Notes under the pieces: model-generated
The model's database searches: none
What the model saw: the letters and a program-made list of their open reading frames with translations, nothing else
Told to the model about the DNA's origin: nothing
DNA from: Bdellovibrionota bacterium
GTDB lineage: Bacteria > Bdellovibrionota > FAC87 > UBA2466 > JACKAF01
DNA: 64,000 nt
Reading direction: 5' to 3'
Assembly (NCBI GenBank): GCA_041751875.1
Contig: JBGSIC010000013.1
Span: 11,858-75,857 of the forward strand
Translations under genes and position numbers: made by a program
In this document: positions 9,820-20,393 of the stretch, piece by piece
Numbering within the stretch: position 1 is the first letter of the stretch
Layout of the letters: every line of letters starts with the position of its first letter

Positions 9820-9905
9820 GGCTCGTCGTATTTTTGGGTTAAACCTGTAACGGATACCCTAGCGGAAAATAAGGTCGAGTCCAAGAAGCGACTAGTCGAA
9901 GCGGA

Positions 9906-10649
9906 TCAGCCTGTCGCGGGGAGGAAAAGGGTCAGGCCAACCGTGGTGGAGAAAAAGCTACGAAAGTGGTCTTTGTTGTAGGTCCGAGCACGAACCGTTG
10001 CGTTACGTAAATCGAAGGTCAACGCGAGGGATCGGTTGAAGTAGAACCGGAAACCTACGCCCAGATTAAATCCTGGGTTCCATTTCGTAAGGGTAATCGT
10101 TTCTGAAGGCATGGTCGTTGCACCAGTAGACTTGTAATTGACTGTTCGTGTCTGGCCAAAAGCCACGCCGGCAACGGCGTAGAAATCAAATGTCACCACC
10201 CAGGAGCCGGCGAGACGAATCTTGCCGTAAAACGGCGTGATGATGAGGTTAGAGCTTCCGACCATCAACGGGTGCGCGTTGTCCAAGCCGTAATTGCTGC
10301 CATCACCAATGTGATCCGCCGCCTCGCTCTGCAAGGTATTGATCAAAAAACTGCCCACGCTAGGAAAGTGATACTGAAAATCGCCAATCTCCCACCCAAT
10401 GCTATCAGTAAAGTGGTAACTCGCACGGCCCCCGACCATATAGGTTTTCACGACGGATTCGTACGGAAGCAGACCTCCGTTTACGCCGATCTCAAAACTT
10501 CCCGCACGAAAGTAAGTTTTATTGCGAACAACCGCTGAAATTTCTCGCTCGTATTCGTTCTTGGGGGTAAGCGCCTTTTCTGCCTCTGCGGCAAAACTTT
10601 GCGAAGAATAAACACCCAGAAGTAAACACAACGCTGCGAAGAGTTTCAT
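9906..10649 (-). CDS. Hypothetical outer-membrane beta-barrel protein
   Basis: Signal peptide MKLFAALCLLLGVYSSQSFA (internal Met chosen). The C-terminal ...LTLFLPATG and alternating Gly/aromatic segments fit a beta-barrel pattern. Confidence 0.5.
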   Translation of the reverse strand: MKLFAALCLLLGVYSSQSFAAEAEKALTPKNEYEREISAVVRNKTYFRAGSFEIGVNGGLLPYESVVKTYMVGGRASYHFTDSIGWEIGDFQYHFPSVGSFLINTLQSEAADHIGDGSNYGLDNAHPLMVGSSNLIITPFYGKIRLAGSWVVTFDFYAVAGVAFGQTRTVNYKSTGATTMPSETITLTKWNPGFNLGVGFRFYFNRSLALTFDLRNATVRARTYNKDHFRSFFSTTVGLTLFLPATG

Positions 10650-10741
10650 ATTTAACCTATTATGCAGGAATTTTCGCCATTTGGCCATGAGGCGATATAA
10701 CGTGACTTCCCTCGAAGAGTTGCCAGAATAAGAGGACAAAC

Positions 10742-11386
10742 ATGGATGATCCTCGCCTTCAACGCATCGCGCTTCTAGTGCCCATCTTCCTGCTGTCGCT
10801 TTGCATTCATGAATTCGCGCATGGATGGGTGGCGTATCTGCGCGGAGATGACACAGCGAAGCAATCTGGCAGGCTCACACTCAACCCCATCGCGCACGCG
10901 GATCTCTTCGGCACGCTGATCATTCCGCTATTCTGTCTCTACTATAATTTGTTTTTTATCGGGTGGGCAAAACCGGTACCCGTAGATCCCAGAAACATGA
11001 AGTACGGCATTAAAGATATGTCTCTAGTCGCCGCGGCCGGTCCTATTTCGAACATTTTAATAGCGCTTCTTGCGACCGGCGCTTTGGCGTTGAGTTTTCA
11101 TCTTCCCTTGAGTGTGGATACTTTGCGGTTGGTGCAATTGATCGGTGTGACGACCATTCAAATCAATCTTATGCTTGCCGTATTTAATTTAATCCCTTGC
11201 CCGCCGCTCGACGGCTTTCGGATTATCCAGGCTTTTTTGCCCTTAGGTTTCTTGATTCGTTTTCAGCGCATGGAGAATGCAATTGGCGTTGCGTTCATGC
11301 TACTGATTTATTTCCTACCGGGTGGTTTTCAGATCATTTCGGTTCCCGTGCAATACGCTTTTCGCACGATGATTTCTTGGATTTAG
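10742..11386 (+). CDS. Membrane zinc metalloprotease, site-2 protease (peptidase M50) family
   Basis: HEFAHG HExxH motif embedded in the first transmembrane segment. Multiple transmembrane helices. About 214 aa. Confidence 0.65.
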   Translation: MDDPRLQRIALLVPIFLLSLCIHEFAHGWVAYLRGDDTAKQSGRLTLNPIAHADLFGTLIIPLFCLYYNLFFIGWAKPVPVDPRNMKYGIKDMSLVAAAGPISNILIALLATGALALSFHLPLSVDTLRLVQLIGVTTIQINLMLAVFNLIPCPPLDGFRIIQAFLPLGFLIRFQRMENAIGVAFMLLIYFLPGGFQIISVPVQYAFRTMISWI

Positions 11387-11453
11387 AGATTGCTTCGTCC
11401 CGCCACGCTGCGCTCGCGGTCCTCGCAATGACATACTCAGTTCGTTAATCTCA

Positions 11454-13481
11454 CTAAGATAAATGGATGGGATCGATGTCGGCAGACATTTGGACGGGCG
11501 TCTTTTGCTTCTCGAAGAAAGCATACGCAAGCGCAACGGCCTGCTGCACTTCTTTCACCGTGCGCGCTTTCATCAAACACTGCCACCGATAGAGATTTTT
11601 CACACGCGAGAGCGGCGCTTCCGATGGCCCCAAGAGCTGTACTTTTCCTGGTTCCGTCTTCTGCAAAATTTCCATGGTTACCTGGTGTGCAAACGTTCTC
11701 ACAACGTCACGATTACGGTGCTGAAAGCGCAACAGAGCCAAACGCACGGCGGGTGGATAGCCACAGTTTTGTCTCGCCGCAAGTTCTTGATCGTAAAACT
11801 TCTCGGGCTGGTTTTCCGCCGCTGTCCGCAGCGCAAAATGATCCGGATTAAGTGTTTGAATGACCACTTCCCCCGCAATGTTAGCTCGTCCCGCTCGACC
11901 TGCGACTTGAGTCACCACCTGGAAGGTGCGCTCGTGCGCACGAAAGTCCGGTAAACTGAGAGAAGCGTCCGCTAGCAAAATTCCCACGAGGCCAATGCCT
12001 GGAAAATCATGCCCTTTGGTGATCATCTGCGTGCCGATCACAATGTCCCAATCGCCCGCCGCAATCCCTTTTAAAAGTTTCTCAAGGGCTTTTCGGGTCT
12101 TTACCACACTACGGTCCATGCGGGTGATTCTTGCCGTCGGTAAAAGTTCCGCTAGCTTCTTTTCCAGTTGCTCAGTACCTACCCCCATGGGCTCAAAGTG
12201 GACCCCGGCGCATTTGGCGCAGCTATTGGGGGGTGGAGTGTGCGCCCCACAATAGTGGCACTTGAGAACGGGAGGGCGCTGATAAAACGTCAGCGAAACA
12301 TCGCAGTTTTTGCACTGGGGAGTGTATCCACAATCACGGCAGTACAAGAAGTGCGCATAACCAAGCCGGTTCAGATAAAGCAGTGCTTGCTGTTTATTCG
12401 CAAGACTCGCCTCCAACTTTCGAAGCATCGTACGACTCAGCCAGGGCGTATCGGTAGAAACAAACTCATCCTTATTCTTAAGGTCGACAAAAATCGGCTT
12501 GGGCATGGGCCGATTCATAATACGTTCCGGCAAGCGCACCAGTTGATACTTTCCACTCTGCGCGTTGGCATAACTTTCCAGAGAAGGCGTCGCCGAACCC
12601 AAAATCACACGCGCGCCCATCATCTTGGCGCGTACCACGGCGACATCGCGCGCGTGATAGCGCAGAGAATCTTCTTGCTTGAACGAAGCTTCTTGCTCTT
12701 CGTCGACGACGATAAGCCCGAGATTCTTGACGGGCGCAAAGATGGCCGAGCGCGCACCGATGACGACACGAGCTTCCCCCTTAAAAATGCGCTGCCACTG
12801 ATGGTGGCGCTCCTTCGGCGTCAAATCACTGTGCAAGACCGCAGTCTGAGTCGGAAAGCGCGAAGAAAAACGCCCCAGAAGTTGTGGGGTCAGTGCAATT
12901 TCTGGCGCAAGCACAATGGCGCTTCGCCCCTCTTCTAAAGTTTTCTCCAGAACCCGCATATAAACTTCCGTTTTTCCGCTACCGGTCACGCCGTAAAGTA
13001 GGGTTGGCTTACCGTCCTCCCCGGCTAGGATCGCTTCGAGCGCCTGGCTCTGCAGAGGCATCAGCTCAGGAACAGCAATGTCGTGGGGCAAAAGTCCCAT
13101 GGGTTCTGAAGGTGCCAGACCATCGGGAGTGCTTTCGTCCTTCTTCTTTTTCGCAGGTTTGTGGTTCCACGCGTCCTTGGGAATGGCCGCCGTCAACACC
13201 TCACCGATTGGGCAGCAATAGTATTCGGCCACCCAACGCAAAAACCGCAGCATTGGCTCATCAAACAAGGGTTCTTCAAACAGAATGCTCTGAATCGCTT
13301 TGAGTCGTTTCGGATCGATATCCGTCCCATCAGGAAGTCCCACCACAAAAGCGTGCGTGGGTTTATTGCGAAAGGAAACTTGCACAAGAGAGCCAGGAGC
13401 CAGATTTTCTTTAAGGCTGTCTTCAGCGAGGTAGTGAAAGGTACGCGAGACCCGGTAGGGGACCGCAACGTCGACAATCAT
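11454..13481 (-). CDS. priA: Primosomal protein N' (replication restart helicase PriA)
   Basis: Walker A GVTGSGKTEVY, DEEQ (DEXH) box and the Cys-rich zinc-binding insert CRDCGYTPQCKNCDVSLTFYQRPPVLKCHYCG. 675 aa. Confidence 0.9.
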   Translation of the reverse strand: MIVDVAVPYRVSRTFHYLAEDSLKENLAPGSLVQVSFRNKPTHAFVVGLPDGTDIDPKRLKAIQSILFEEPLFDEPMLRFLRWVAEYYCCPIGEVLTAAIPKDAWNHKPAKKKKDESTPDGLAPSEPMGLLPHDIAVPELMPLQSQALEAILAGEDGKPTLLYGVTGSGKTEVYMRVLEKTLEEGRSAIVLAPEIALTPQLLGRFSSRFPTQTAVLHSDLTPKERHHQWQRIFKGEARVVIGARSAIFAPVKNLGLIVVDEEQEASFKQEDSLRYHARDVAVVRAKMMGARVILGSATPSLESYANAQSGKYQLVRLPERIMNRPMPKPIFVDLKNKDEFVSTDTPWLSRTMLRKLEASLANKQQALLYLNRLGYAHFLYCRDCGYTPQCKNCDVSLTFYQRPPVLKCHYCGAHTPPPNSCAKCAGVHFEPMGVGTEQLEKKLAELLPTARITRMDRSVVKTRKALEKLLKGIAAGDWDIVIGTQMITKGHDFPGIGLVGILLADASLSLPDFRAHERTFQVVTQVAGRAGRANIAGEVVIQTLNPDHFALRTAAENQPEKFYDQELAARQNCGYPPAVRLALLRFQHRNRDVVRTFAHQVTMEILQKTEPGKVQLLGPSEAPLSRVKNLYRWQCLMKARTVKEVQQAVALAYAFFEKQKTPVQMSADIDPIHLS

Positions 13482-14320
13482 CGAAACCTAAGTAGCAAAG
13501 CGAGGTTCGATTTCACTGGAGAGGAAAGACGATTGCCGTCCTGGCGGCTTAGCGACTGACGCAATTTATCCCACTGTTCTTTGGAAAGATTGCGAACCGC
13601 CACCACCTCAGAGCGAATCACTTCCGCTCCGCCTTGAGTCAACGACAAACGGCGCGGGTACACTCCGCCGGAGGGCATCTTCTGAAAGTTCTCAAAATTC
13701 CAAGCGGTGGAACGGCCTTCTTCCTGCCACTCTAGACGGCGAATCCCTTGTACGTTTTTCTCAAAATAAACAATGCGCTTGTCGAGTCCTTCGTTCAAAC
13801 CCACAACAGCGATGGCGGTATCGCCATTTTCAAGCCGCTTAATCGCAATGTCGTCGTGTTTCACGTAGAATTTCTTGGGGTCATAGGTTTTCGGAGAACC
13901 TTCCGGTGTGTATCCCGAGCGGAACTCGTTCATTTGGTCCCGGTTTACAAAACGTTCCTCGCGCAAGCTGGAGGAAAAATAATTGGGATCTTTCAACAAA
14001 AAGTACTGGAGAAACAACTTCGAACTGCGCGCGAATCGACCGCCACTCCCAAAGTCGTATACATCCTTATCTACGCTGGCAACGCTGCGGCTGGAACGGT
14101 CTCCTTCGACTTCCCACTCAATAAAGATACGGTTGTCCCCGTAGTAAATATTTTCTCGCAAGATGCGGTTGCTCTCCCCCAGGTTGTGGCGAAGAACGAT
14201 CTCAACCGGGGTATTTTCTTTGCGTCCCGAAAAAATTTCTTCCACCATGGACGGTACGGAATACACGTACGCCTGCGCTGAGAAGCTAAGGAACAAAAGT
14301 AGGTAAACCGCTTTTTGCAT
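13478..14320 (-). CDS. Hypothetical secreted protein
   Basis: Signal peptide MQKAVYLLLFLSFSAQA (internal Met chosen). No recognisable domain. Confidence 0.45.
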   Translation of the reverse strand: MQKAVYLLLFLSFSAQAYVYSVPSMVEEIFSGRKENTPVEIVLRHNLGESNRILRENIYYGDNRIFIEWEVEGDRSSRSVASVDKDVYDFGSGGRFARSSKLFLQYFLLKDPNYFSSSLREERFVNRDQMNEFRSGYTPEGSPKTYDPKKFYVKHDDIAIKRLENGDTAIAVVGLNEGLDKRIVYFEKNVQGIRRLEWQEEGRSTAWNFENFQKMPSGGVYPRRLSLTQGGAEVIRSEVVAVRNLSKEQWDKLRQSLSRQDGNRLSSPVKSNLALLLRFR

Positions 14321-14339
14321 AGTCCTCTTATATAAGCTG

Positions 14340-15230
14340 TTAGGCCAATCCCCGCAAATAGGATCGCAAGGGCCCTTCGAGCTCGGTGCGCCGTAGCGCC
14401 TCTTGAATTTGTGCCTGCAAAAAACCCATCGGGCTCCCCATATCAAACCGGTTGTTACTTATCTCGGTGGCGTAGAGCGCTCCGTCCTTGGCCATCGCAG
14501 CCATCGCGTCGGTCAGCTGGTACTCGCCCCCGACTCCCGGCTTCACTGCCTCTAGGTAATCAAACAGACTCGGATCAAAGACGTACCTTCCCACGATAGC
14601 GTAACGGCTGGGGGCATCGGCGGGCTTGGGTTTTTCTACGGTATTTTTTACCTTTACTGGCTCCGCTCCTACTTTTTTGCCACCAGCATCGATAACGCCG
14701 TACTTCTGCGTAGCGTCGGCTGAAACCTCCATCACCCCGACAACGGACTTCTCCAGTTGGGCCGCCGACTGAATCAAGGTCTTTAAAGGGGCTTTCTTCC
14801 CATCCCAGGATGGGAAAATTTCATCTCCCAGGCTCACCGCAAACATTTCTTTGCCTACGGCGGAGCGGGCGCACAAAACCGCGTGCCCTAAGCCCAAAGG
14901 CTGCTTTTGCCGGACGGAAACGACTTCACACATTTTTTCGAGCTGGCTCATTTTTTCCGCAAGCTCGTGCTTGCCGCGCTTCTCAAGCCAAAGAGTGAGG
15001 GACGGAGCGACATCGAAGTAGTCCTCTAAAGCGGATTTGCCCGCGCTGGTCACAAAAATAATTTCTTCTGCCCCGCCCTCGAGAGCCTCTTCGACAACGT
15101 AATGAATAGTGGGTTTGTCGATAATGGGAAGGAGTTCCTTCGGAACCACCTTAGAAAAAGGTAAACTGCGCGTTCCCAGACCTGCCACCGGGATGACTAC
15201 TTTTTTTGCCTGCGTCCTAGGTGTGCTCAC
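14340..15230 (-). CDS. galU: UTP--glucose-1-phosphate uridylyltransferase
   Basis: VIPVAGLGTRSLPFSKVVPKELLPIIDKPTIHYVVEEA is the GalU nucleotidyltransferase N-terminus. VEKP motif present. Confidence 0.85.
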   Translation of the reverse strand: MSTPRTQAKKVVIPVAGLGTRSLPFSKVVPKELLPIIDKPTIHYVVEEALEGGAEEIIFVTSAGKSALEDYFDVAPSLTLWLEKRGKHELAEKMSQLEKMCEVVSVRQKQPLGLGHAVLCARSAVGKEMFAVSLGDEIFPSWDGKKAPLKTLIQSAAQLEKSVVGVMEVSADATQKYGVIDAGGKKVGAEPVKVKNTVEKPKPADAPSRYAIVGRYVFDPSLFDYLEAVKPGVGGEYQLTDAMAAMAKDGALYATEISNNRFDMGSPMGFLQAQIQEALRRTELEGPLRSYLRGLA

Positions 15231-15338
15231 GGTGTCTCCCTCAAAAGAACTAGCCTATCGCAAATCACCGACGCTGACGAGCTTGCGCTCCGCGATGTCC
15301 CTTTGTCTTTCTCGGTTTCTTTGGTAAGTCTGAGATTA

Positions 15339-16340
15339 ATGGCCATTCCCGACTATTTGAGCACCCCTTTCGGGTACCGCGTTCAAAAGACAATTTCAGC
15401 CCCCATCACGTTCACGGGCATCGGTCTGCACTGCGGAAAAAACACGAAAATTCAGCTACTTCCTGCGGAACCGAACGAAGGCATCTACTTTTTCAGGGTC
15501 GACCTGAAGAACGCCCGTCGCATTCCCGCCCATTTTGATTCGGTCGTCGCCACGGATCTTGCGACCACCTTGGGCGTGGCCGACCGGGAGGAAGAACGCG
15601 TAGGAACCGTAGAACACTTGCTCGCCTCTCTGTTTGCCATCGGAATCACCAACGTGCGCGTGGAAGTAGATGGCCCGGAAATCCCTATTCTGGATGGCAG
15701 CGCTTCTCCTTTTGTTGACGCGCTGGTGGATACCGGCGTTACCGTTCAGCCTTTTTCCACAGCGACCCTGAAAATTTATCGCCCCGTTCGTGTGGCAAAG
15801 AAAGGGGCCATCTGTGAGCTCTTGCCACGAGACCGTTTGCGTTTAACGACCTCCATTGAATTTGCCCATCCGGAGATTGGTTTGCAGACGTATGCAATGG
15901 ATCTCACCCCAGTGGGTTTTCAAAAGGAACTTTGCTCGGCGCGCACCTTTGGATTTTTGCAAGACTTGGAACTTTTGAAAAAACACAACCTTGCTCAGGG
16001 CGCCTCATTGGAGAACGTGCTGGCTTTCTCCGAGACAGGAACACTCAATCCTGAACTGCGACGCTACCGAGACGAATGTGTGCGGCACAAAGTTCTCGAT
16101 GCGGTGGGAGACTTGGCACTGTGCGGATGTTGGATAGAGGGCGAAATGCTCAGCTATCGGGGCGGTCACTCCATGCACCGCTTGCTGTTGCAAACGCTTG
16201 CACAGTACCCAGGACACTGGGAGCGCTTGCCTCCCGAGCCGCTTCCGGCGATGGTTTTTGAAAAGGCTCCTGGCGCGTTCCATCTTCCCTCGCAGGTGGA
16301 GCCCAACGCGTACGCCTCGGTACTTTCTCTGCGGCTTTAG
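15339..16340 (+). CDS. lpxC: UDP-3-O-acyl-N-acetylglucosamine deacetylase
   Basis: ITFTGIGLHCGKNTKIQL, TVEHLLASL and EIPILDGSASPFV closely parallel E. coli LpxC. Start set at ATG 15339. Confidence 0.9.
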   Translation: MAIPDYLSTPFGYRVQKTISAPITFTGIGLHCGKNTKIQLLPAEPNEGIYFFRVDLKNARRIPAHFDSVVATDLATTLGVADREEERVGTVEHLLASLFAIGITNVRVEVDGPEIPILDGSASPFVDALVDTGVTVQPFSTATLKIYRPVRVAKKGAICELLPRDRLRLTTSIEFAHPEIGLQTYAMDLTPVGFQKELCSARTFGFLQDLELLKKHNLAQGASLENVLAFSETGTLNPELRRYRDECVRHKVLDAVGDLALCGCWIEGEMLSYRGGHSMHRLLLQTLAQYPGHWERLPPEPLPAMVFEKAPGAFHLPSQVEPNAYASVLSLRL

Positions 16341-16345
16341 GAACC

Positions 16346-17242
16346 CTAGTAAACCAACAGGGTGAGAATTTTTCCCCACACCCATTTCAAGAAGGAAAAG
16401 ATTTGCGGGATCGCAAAGCGATTGCTGCAGTCATAGCCCGAGAGAGCCTGCGAGCACTGGTCTAAGATACCCGTGTCGTAGAGTCGGTCGGTATCAGCGA
16501 GAAAATCAAAATTATCCCAGCGATTTAGATCAATATAATAGGAGAGAATGCGATCCGCGTTCCAGCTTCCCGCGTGCGCAACGCCGACAACTTGGAGCGC
16601 ACCTTCGTCCGTCTCCCTAAACATGGGCCCACCCGAATCACCGAAACACGATCCCGCGCGATTGAGGGGACCCAAAATACCCCGCGCAACCACACTTGTG
16701 CGAGGGGTGTGCAATTCCACGTAATCGGTTAAGCGATAAACCTGGTTTGTTCCCGTGCGTTTGAGTCCCGCCCCCGTACGGTGTTCAATTTCATTGCAGC
16801 CATAGCCCACCAACCGAATGTGTTCGAGTTCAGCAGGACGTGCCCCTAAAAAAGTCACACCTTCGGCAGGAACTTTGTCTTCATCGAAAATGAGCACAGC
16901 CAAATCATTGGGATCGTTGGCGACACCAGGACCAAAGCTTTCCACTTGGTAGGTACGAAAAATTCCGTACTGCGAGACCACCGTGTACTGACCGGCGGTA
17001 AGGGTGCAATGAGCCGCCGTGAGAACTGCCCGCGGGCTAACGAATGTGCCGGTGCACAATCCAAACCCGCCGGGAGAGACCACTTTTACAACGGAGGGAT
17101 AGTCGGTAGTCGTTTCAATCCCTTGATCGCTCGGAGCGTCGATGCGTTCAAGGTTATAAGCGGAAGGATCGGCGCAATGGGGAAGCAATAGCAAACAAGC
17201 TGCTCCCACAAGAAAACTCAACATTGAATCAGATCGACTCAC
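16346..17242 (-). CDS. Secreted trypsin-like serine protease (peptidase S1)
   Basis: LTAAHC (His) and GDSGGP (Ser) motifs. A signal peptide is present. Confidence 0.8.
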   Translation of the reverse strand: MSRSDSMLSFLVGAACLLLLPHCADPSAYNLERIDAPSDQGIETTTDYPSVVKVVSPGGFGLCTGTFVSPRAVLTAAHCTLTAGQYTVVSQYGIFRTYQVESFGPGVANDPNDLAVLIFDEDKVPAEGVTFLGARPAELEHIRLVGYGCNEIEHRTGAGLKRTGTNQVYRLTDYVELHTPRTSVVARGILGPLNRAGSCFGDSGGPMFRETDEGALQVVGVAHAGSWNADRILSYYIDLNRWDNFDFLADTDRLYDTGILDQCSQALSGYDCSNRFAIPQIFSFLKWVWGKILTLLVY

Positions 17243-17272
17243 GTGCTCCCCAATCCCATTGCGAAAAACAGG

Positions 17273-17770
17273 CTAACGCGCTTTTCGTGACTTGGCCGAG
17301 ACAGGTTGGTCGGATGCGGGCGAGTTCTTCGCACCGCGCCCTTTTCGACCTGTTCCGGTCACCCACAGAAAAATAAACAGAAGGACTGCCACCACCAAGG
17401 AGGCCGTAGCGGAAATCAAGAAGCGTTCAAAACCATGAAGGTAGCTTTCCGCACGAATGCCTTCTTCTTTACAGCTTACCAAGGCATTAGATACCAAAAA
17501 TGGCTGAAATTTGTCGTCTGTGATGGTCTTATTCTTCAAGAATTCAATGTTGTTACGCAAAGACTGTGCTGTTTCCGAGAGTACGGCGAGATGCTTATCC
17601 CAGCGCCGAAGAGCGTAAGGAACCTGGGTCTCAAAGCGCGCCACGCGTGCGTCGAGTGCATCCACACAACTTACCAAAGCACTGAGATCGGCTGGATTCG
17701 AAACGGTGTTTGTTTCACCGTCGCCGAACGCGAGGGAAGAAAAAAGAGCGATGAAGAAAAGGCTCCTCAC
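17273..17770 (-). CDS. Hypothetical membrane-anchored protein
   Basis: N-terminal signal and a C-terminal transmembrane segment followed by a basic tail. Confidence 0.4.
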   Translation of the reverse strand: MRSLFFIALFSSLAFGDGETNTVSNPADLSALVSCVDALDARVARFETQVPYALRRWDKHLAVLSETAQSLRNNIEFLKNKTITDDKFQPFLVSNALVSCKEEGIRAESYLHGFERFLISATASLVVAVLLFIFLWVTGTGRKGRGAKNSPASDQPVSAKSRKAR

Positions 17771-18642
17771 GCGGCTCCCCCCTGGGCACGCACGCTACAC
17801 GCCATCCACTCACCCGATTCGTACAAGCGGGAGGGCTGAAACTCTGCGCGATCGAGTGATTCTTTAATCGCCTCTTTCTGCACACCCAAAAGCCCCGACA
17901 AAATTAAGGTGCCTCGCCGTTTCACGGCGGTCCGATAAGAAGCCATAAGATCCACGTGCGTGGCTAACAGAATGTTAGCGACAAGAAGATCAAACGGACC
18001 GGGGCACACATCAAGCGATCCGTGCACCAGTTCAATGCCTTCGCAGCCGTTGCGCTCAAAATTTTCTTTAGCAACGGTGAGTGCATCGGCGTCGACATCG
18101 GCAGCCCAGATACGCCGAATTCCCAACTTGTAGGCAACGATTGCAAGAATTCCGCTCCCCGTACCGAGATCTAAAAAACGAATGCTCCGGGCGGAGGTTT
18201 TCTCTAGTTCCTCTTCGAGTAGCTGCACGCACATCTGGGTACTGGCGTGAAGCCCGGTTCCAAACGCCATTCCTGGATCCATCAAAATAGGTGTGCGTCC
18301 CGGTGGAATGGGCTGATCACTCCACGTGGGTTGAAGATAGAACGTTCTTCCAAGAGGCTGCGGAAAGCAGTACTTCTTCCACGCGTCGGCCCAATCGGTA
18401 CGTTGCATTTTTTCAGATGTGAACGAAAAGGTTTTCTGACCGGGAAAGATCTGCGCAAGTTCAGCCGCGTAGACGTTGAGAGCCGCGGTAACGGCTGACA
18501 TTTTTTCTTCTGGGAAATAGCTAAGTACCTGACCTAGCTCCTCCATCTCGGTAACGCCTTCCGCCCCATTTTCCCAAACAAAATTAGTAACGGCTTCGCG
18601 AAAGCCGGTAGCGACAACAATTTTCAACTCAAACCAGCTCAT
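17767..18642 (-). CDS. prmA: Ribosomal protein L11 methyltransferase
   Basis: N-terminus MSWFELKIVV and SAM-binding motif DLGTGSGILAI match PrmA. About 291 aa. Confidence 0.8.
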   Translation of the reverse strand: MSWFELKIVVATGFREAVTNFVWENGAEGVTEMEELGQVLSYFPEEKMSAVTAALNVYAAELAQIFPGQKTFSFTSEKMQRTDWADAWKKYCFPQPLGRTFYLQPTWSDQPIPPGRTPILMDPGMAFGTGLHASTQMCVQLLEEELEKTSARSIRFLDLGTGSGILAIVAYKLGIRRIWAADVDADALTVAKENFERNGCEGIELVHGSLDVCPGPFDLLVANILLATHVDLMASYRTAVKRRGTLILSGLLGVQKEAIKESLDRAEFQPSRLYESGEWMACSVRAQGGAA

Positions 18643-18655
18643 TTCTGCCCTTTTC

Positions 18656-19951
18656 TTATTTCTGGCAAATGCCGCGAGCGCGTCGTTCGATAGAGGCCAA
18701 CTTACGAGTGGCCTTTCGAAGTTCCGTGGGGACCTTGATCAATTGGACAGCTCTAGCCCAGGATCGGCGCGCTTCACAAATTTTTCCTCGGCTCTCCATC
18801 AGCCAGGCGAACCACGCGTAGGTCAAGCCCTCACTGGGATCGGCTTGCATGGCTTTTTCGAAGTACTTTTGCGCTTCATCGAACAAGCTCATGTTCAAGT
18901 AGCAGATGCCTAGCTCTCGAAGTCCCAAAGGATCCTTCGGGAACAAATTCAAATAGGCCAACAACTCCCCGGCTGCTTTTTCAAACTCCCGCTTATACCG
19001 CAAGACAACGCCGCGGCGAAGAAAATTACGCTTATCGGTGTTTCCGACTTTAAGTGCGTTTTCCAAATACATTGCGGCTTTTGGATACTCTTCCTCTTCG
19101 ATCGCACGATCGATTAGTTCGCCGTAATACTTCCGCAGTTTCACCTTCGCAATCTCACTCTTTGTGTTGAGGTCGAGCGCCTTCTGCCAGTATTTAATGG
19201 CGTCTCCAAACTGGCTCTTCTTCTCAAATAGAATCCCGAGTTGCTCAAGGACTCCGGCATCGCTGCGGTCGAGTCGGTAACACTCCGCCAGCCAGCGTCC
19301 CGCTTCAACCAAATTTTCTTGATTTAGATACAGAACCGCCAGGTTAAATCGGCTCGCCATGTGCTGCGGCCAACGGATTGCTGTTTGGGTGAGATGCACT
19401 GTCGCTTTCGCGTTCTCTCGGCGATTAAGATGGTGACGCGCCAATCCCCAGTGAGCCCATCCATTCTTCGGTTGGTCGGCTACAAGTTGTTTGTAGATGA
19501 AGGCGGCCGTATCGATACGTCCCTGCTCTTCGTACATTTCCGCGAATAGCTGCTGCACGCGGCTACTGTATGGAGTGCCCTTGAACTCCCCTTCCAAACG
19601 ATTGAGAAGATCGCGAGCCTGGTTAAACCGCCGCTTTTTAATGTTGGCGTAAACGTTGAGGAGTTGAACTTCCTGGCTGTACTTCGAATCGGTCAGCTTA
19701 GCTCGAATAAGTTCGGCGGCATCCGATCGGCCCGTGCGGTAATAGACCCAGGCACAGTCAACCATGCCTTTCCCGTTCCCCCCATTGAGCACTTCGTACT
19801 GCCGGCAAATGGGAAGCGCCTCGGTGAGACGGTTTTGCGTTAATAATAGATGCACCACTTCTTCATCCGCCCAGGACGTTCCTGACAAAAGAAACCCGAC
19901 GGCGAGAAGGGTTTGTAGCGATTTGACGAAACGGTTCATCCGGCTAAGCAC
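18656..19951 (-). CDS. Secreted tetratricopeptide-repeat protein
   Basis: Signal peptide followed by multiple 34-aa TPR-like repeats (W/LG/Y/A/F/A/P pattern). Confidence 0.6.
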   Translation of the reverse strand: MLSRMNRFVKSLQTLLAVGFLLSGTSWADEEVVHLLLTQNRLTEALPICRQYEVLNGGNGKGMVDCAWVYYRTGRSDAAELIRAKLTDSKYSQEVQLLNVYANIKKRRFNQARDLLNRLEGEFKGTPYSSRVQQLFAEMYEEQGRIDTAAFIYKQLVADQPKNGWAHWGLARHHLNRRENAKATVHLTQTAIRWPQHMASRFNLAVLYLNQENLVEAGRWLAECYRLDRSDAGVLEQLGILFEKKSQFGDAIKYWQKALDLNTKSEIAKVKLRKYYGELIDRAIEEEEYPKAAMYLENALKVGNTDKRNFLRRGVVLRYKREFEKAAGELLAYLNLFPKDPLGLRELGICYLNMSLFDEAQKYFEKAMQADPSEGLTYAWFAWLMESRGKICEARRSWARAVQLIKVPTELRKATRKLASIERRARGICQK

Positions 19952-20393
19952 CTAAAATAACAACGAAACTAATTCGGCGGTCCCCCGCGCACGGCGGAGA
20001 CCCTACCTGTCACTGATCGTGAAAAATCGCGTGAAACTTAAACCCCGCAGCAAAATTGTAGGCTTTGTGTTTTCAAGGACTTACCTCTCCCTTGATTGGC
20101 TCCTCTCCTTCATCACCGCATCTCAGGCTGAATAGGCACGGCGCTGACAGGCTGAACCAACAAATTGTGCGAAACTCTCCTCATTTCCAGCATTTGGCGC
20201 CTTCTCGGGGTTGCTAAAATAAGGAGTGTCGGGGATTTGGGCAGGCTTAGTATTTGAGAGGATTAGGGGATCCCAATCGTGAAAAAACGTACGGCCAAAC
20301 TTTAGCCAACTATCCAAGACATTTACGACTGTGTAATCGCGGCACACTCCTTGCTGATCAATGGGGTGAGATCCTTTTCTTATTGGAGTACGT

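Noticed and set aside
12168-12938. 256-aa + strand ORF inside priA
   Set aside because: It is antisense to a gene with unambiguous PriA motifs. Arg/Gln-rich shadow-ORF composition.
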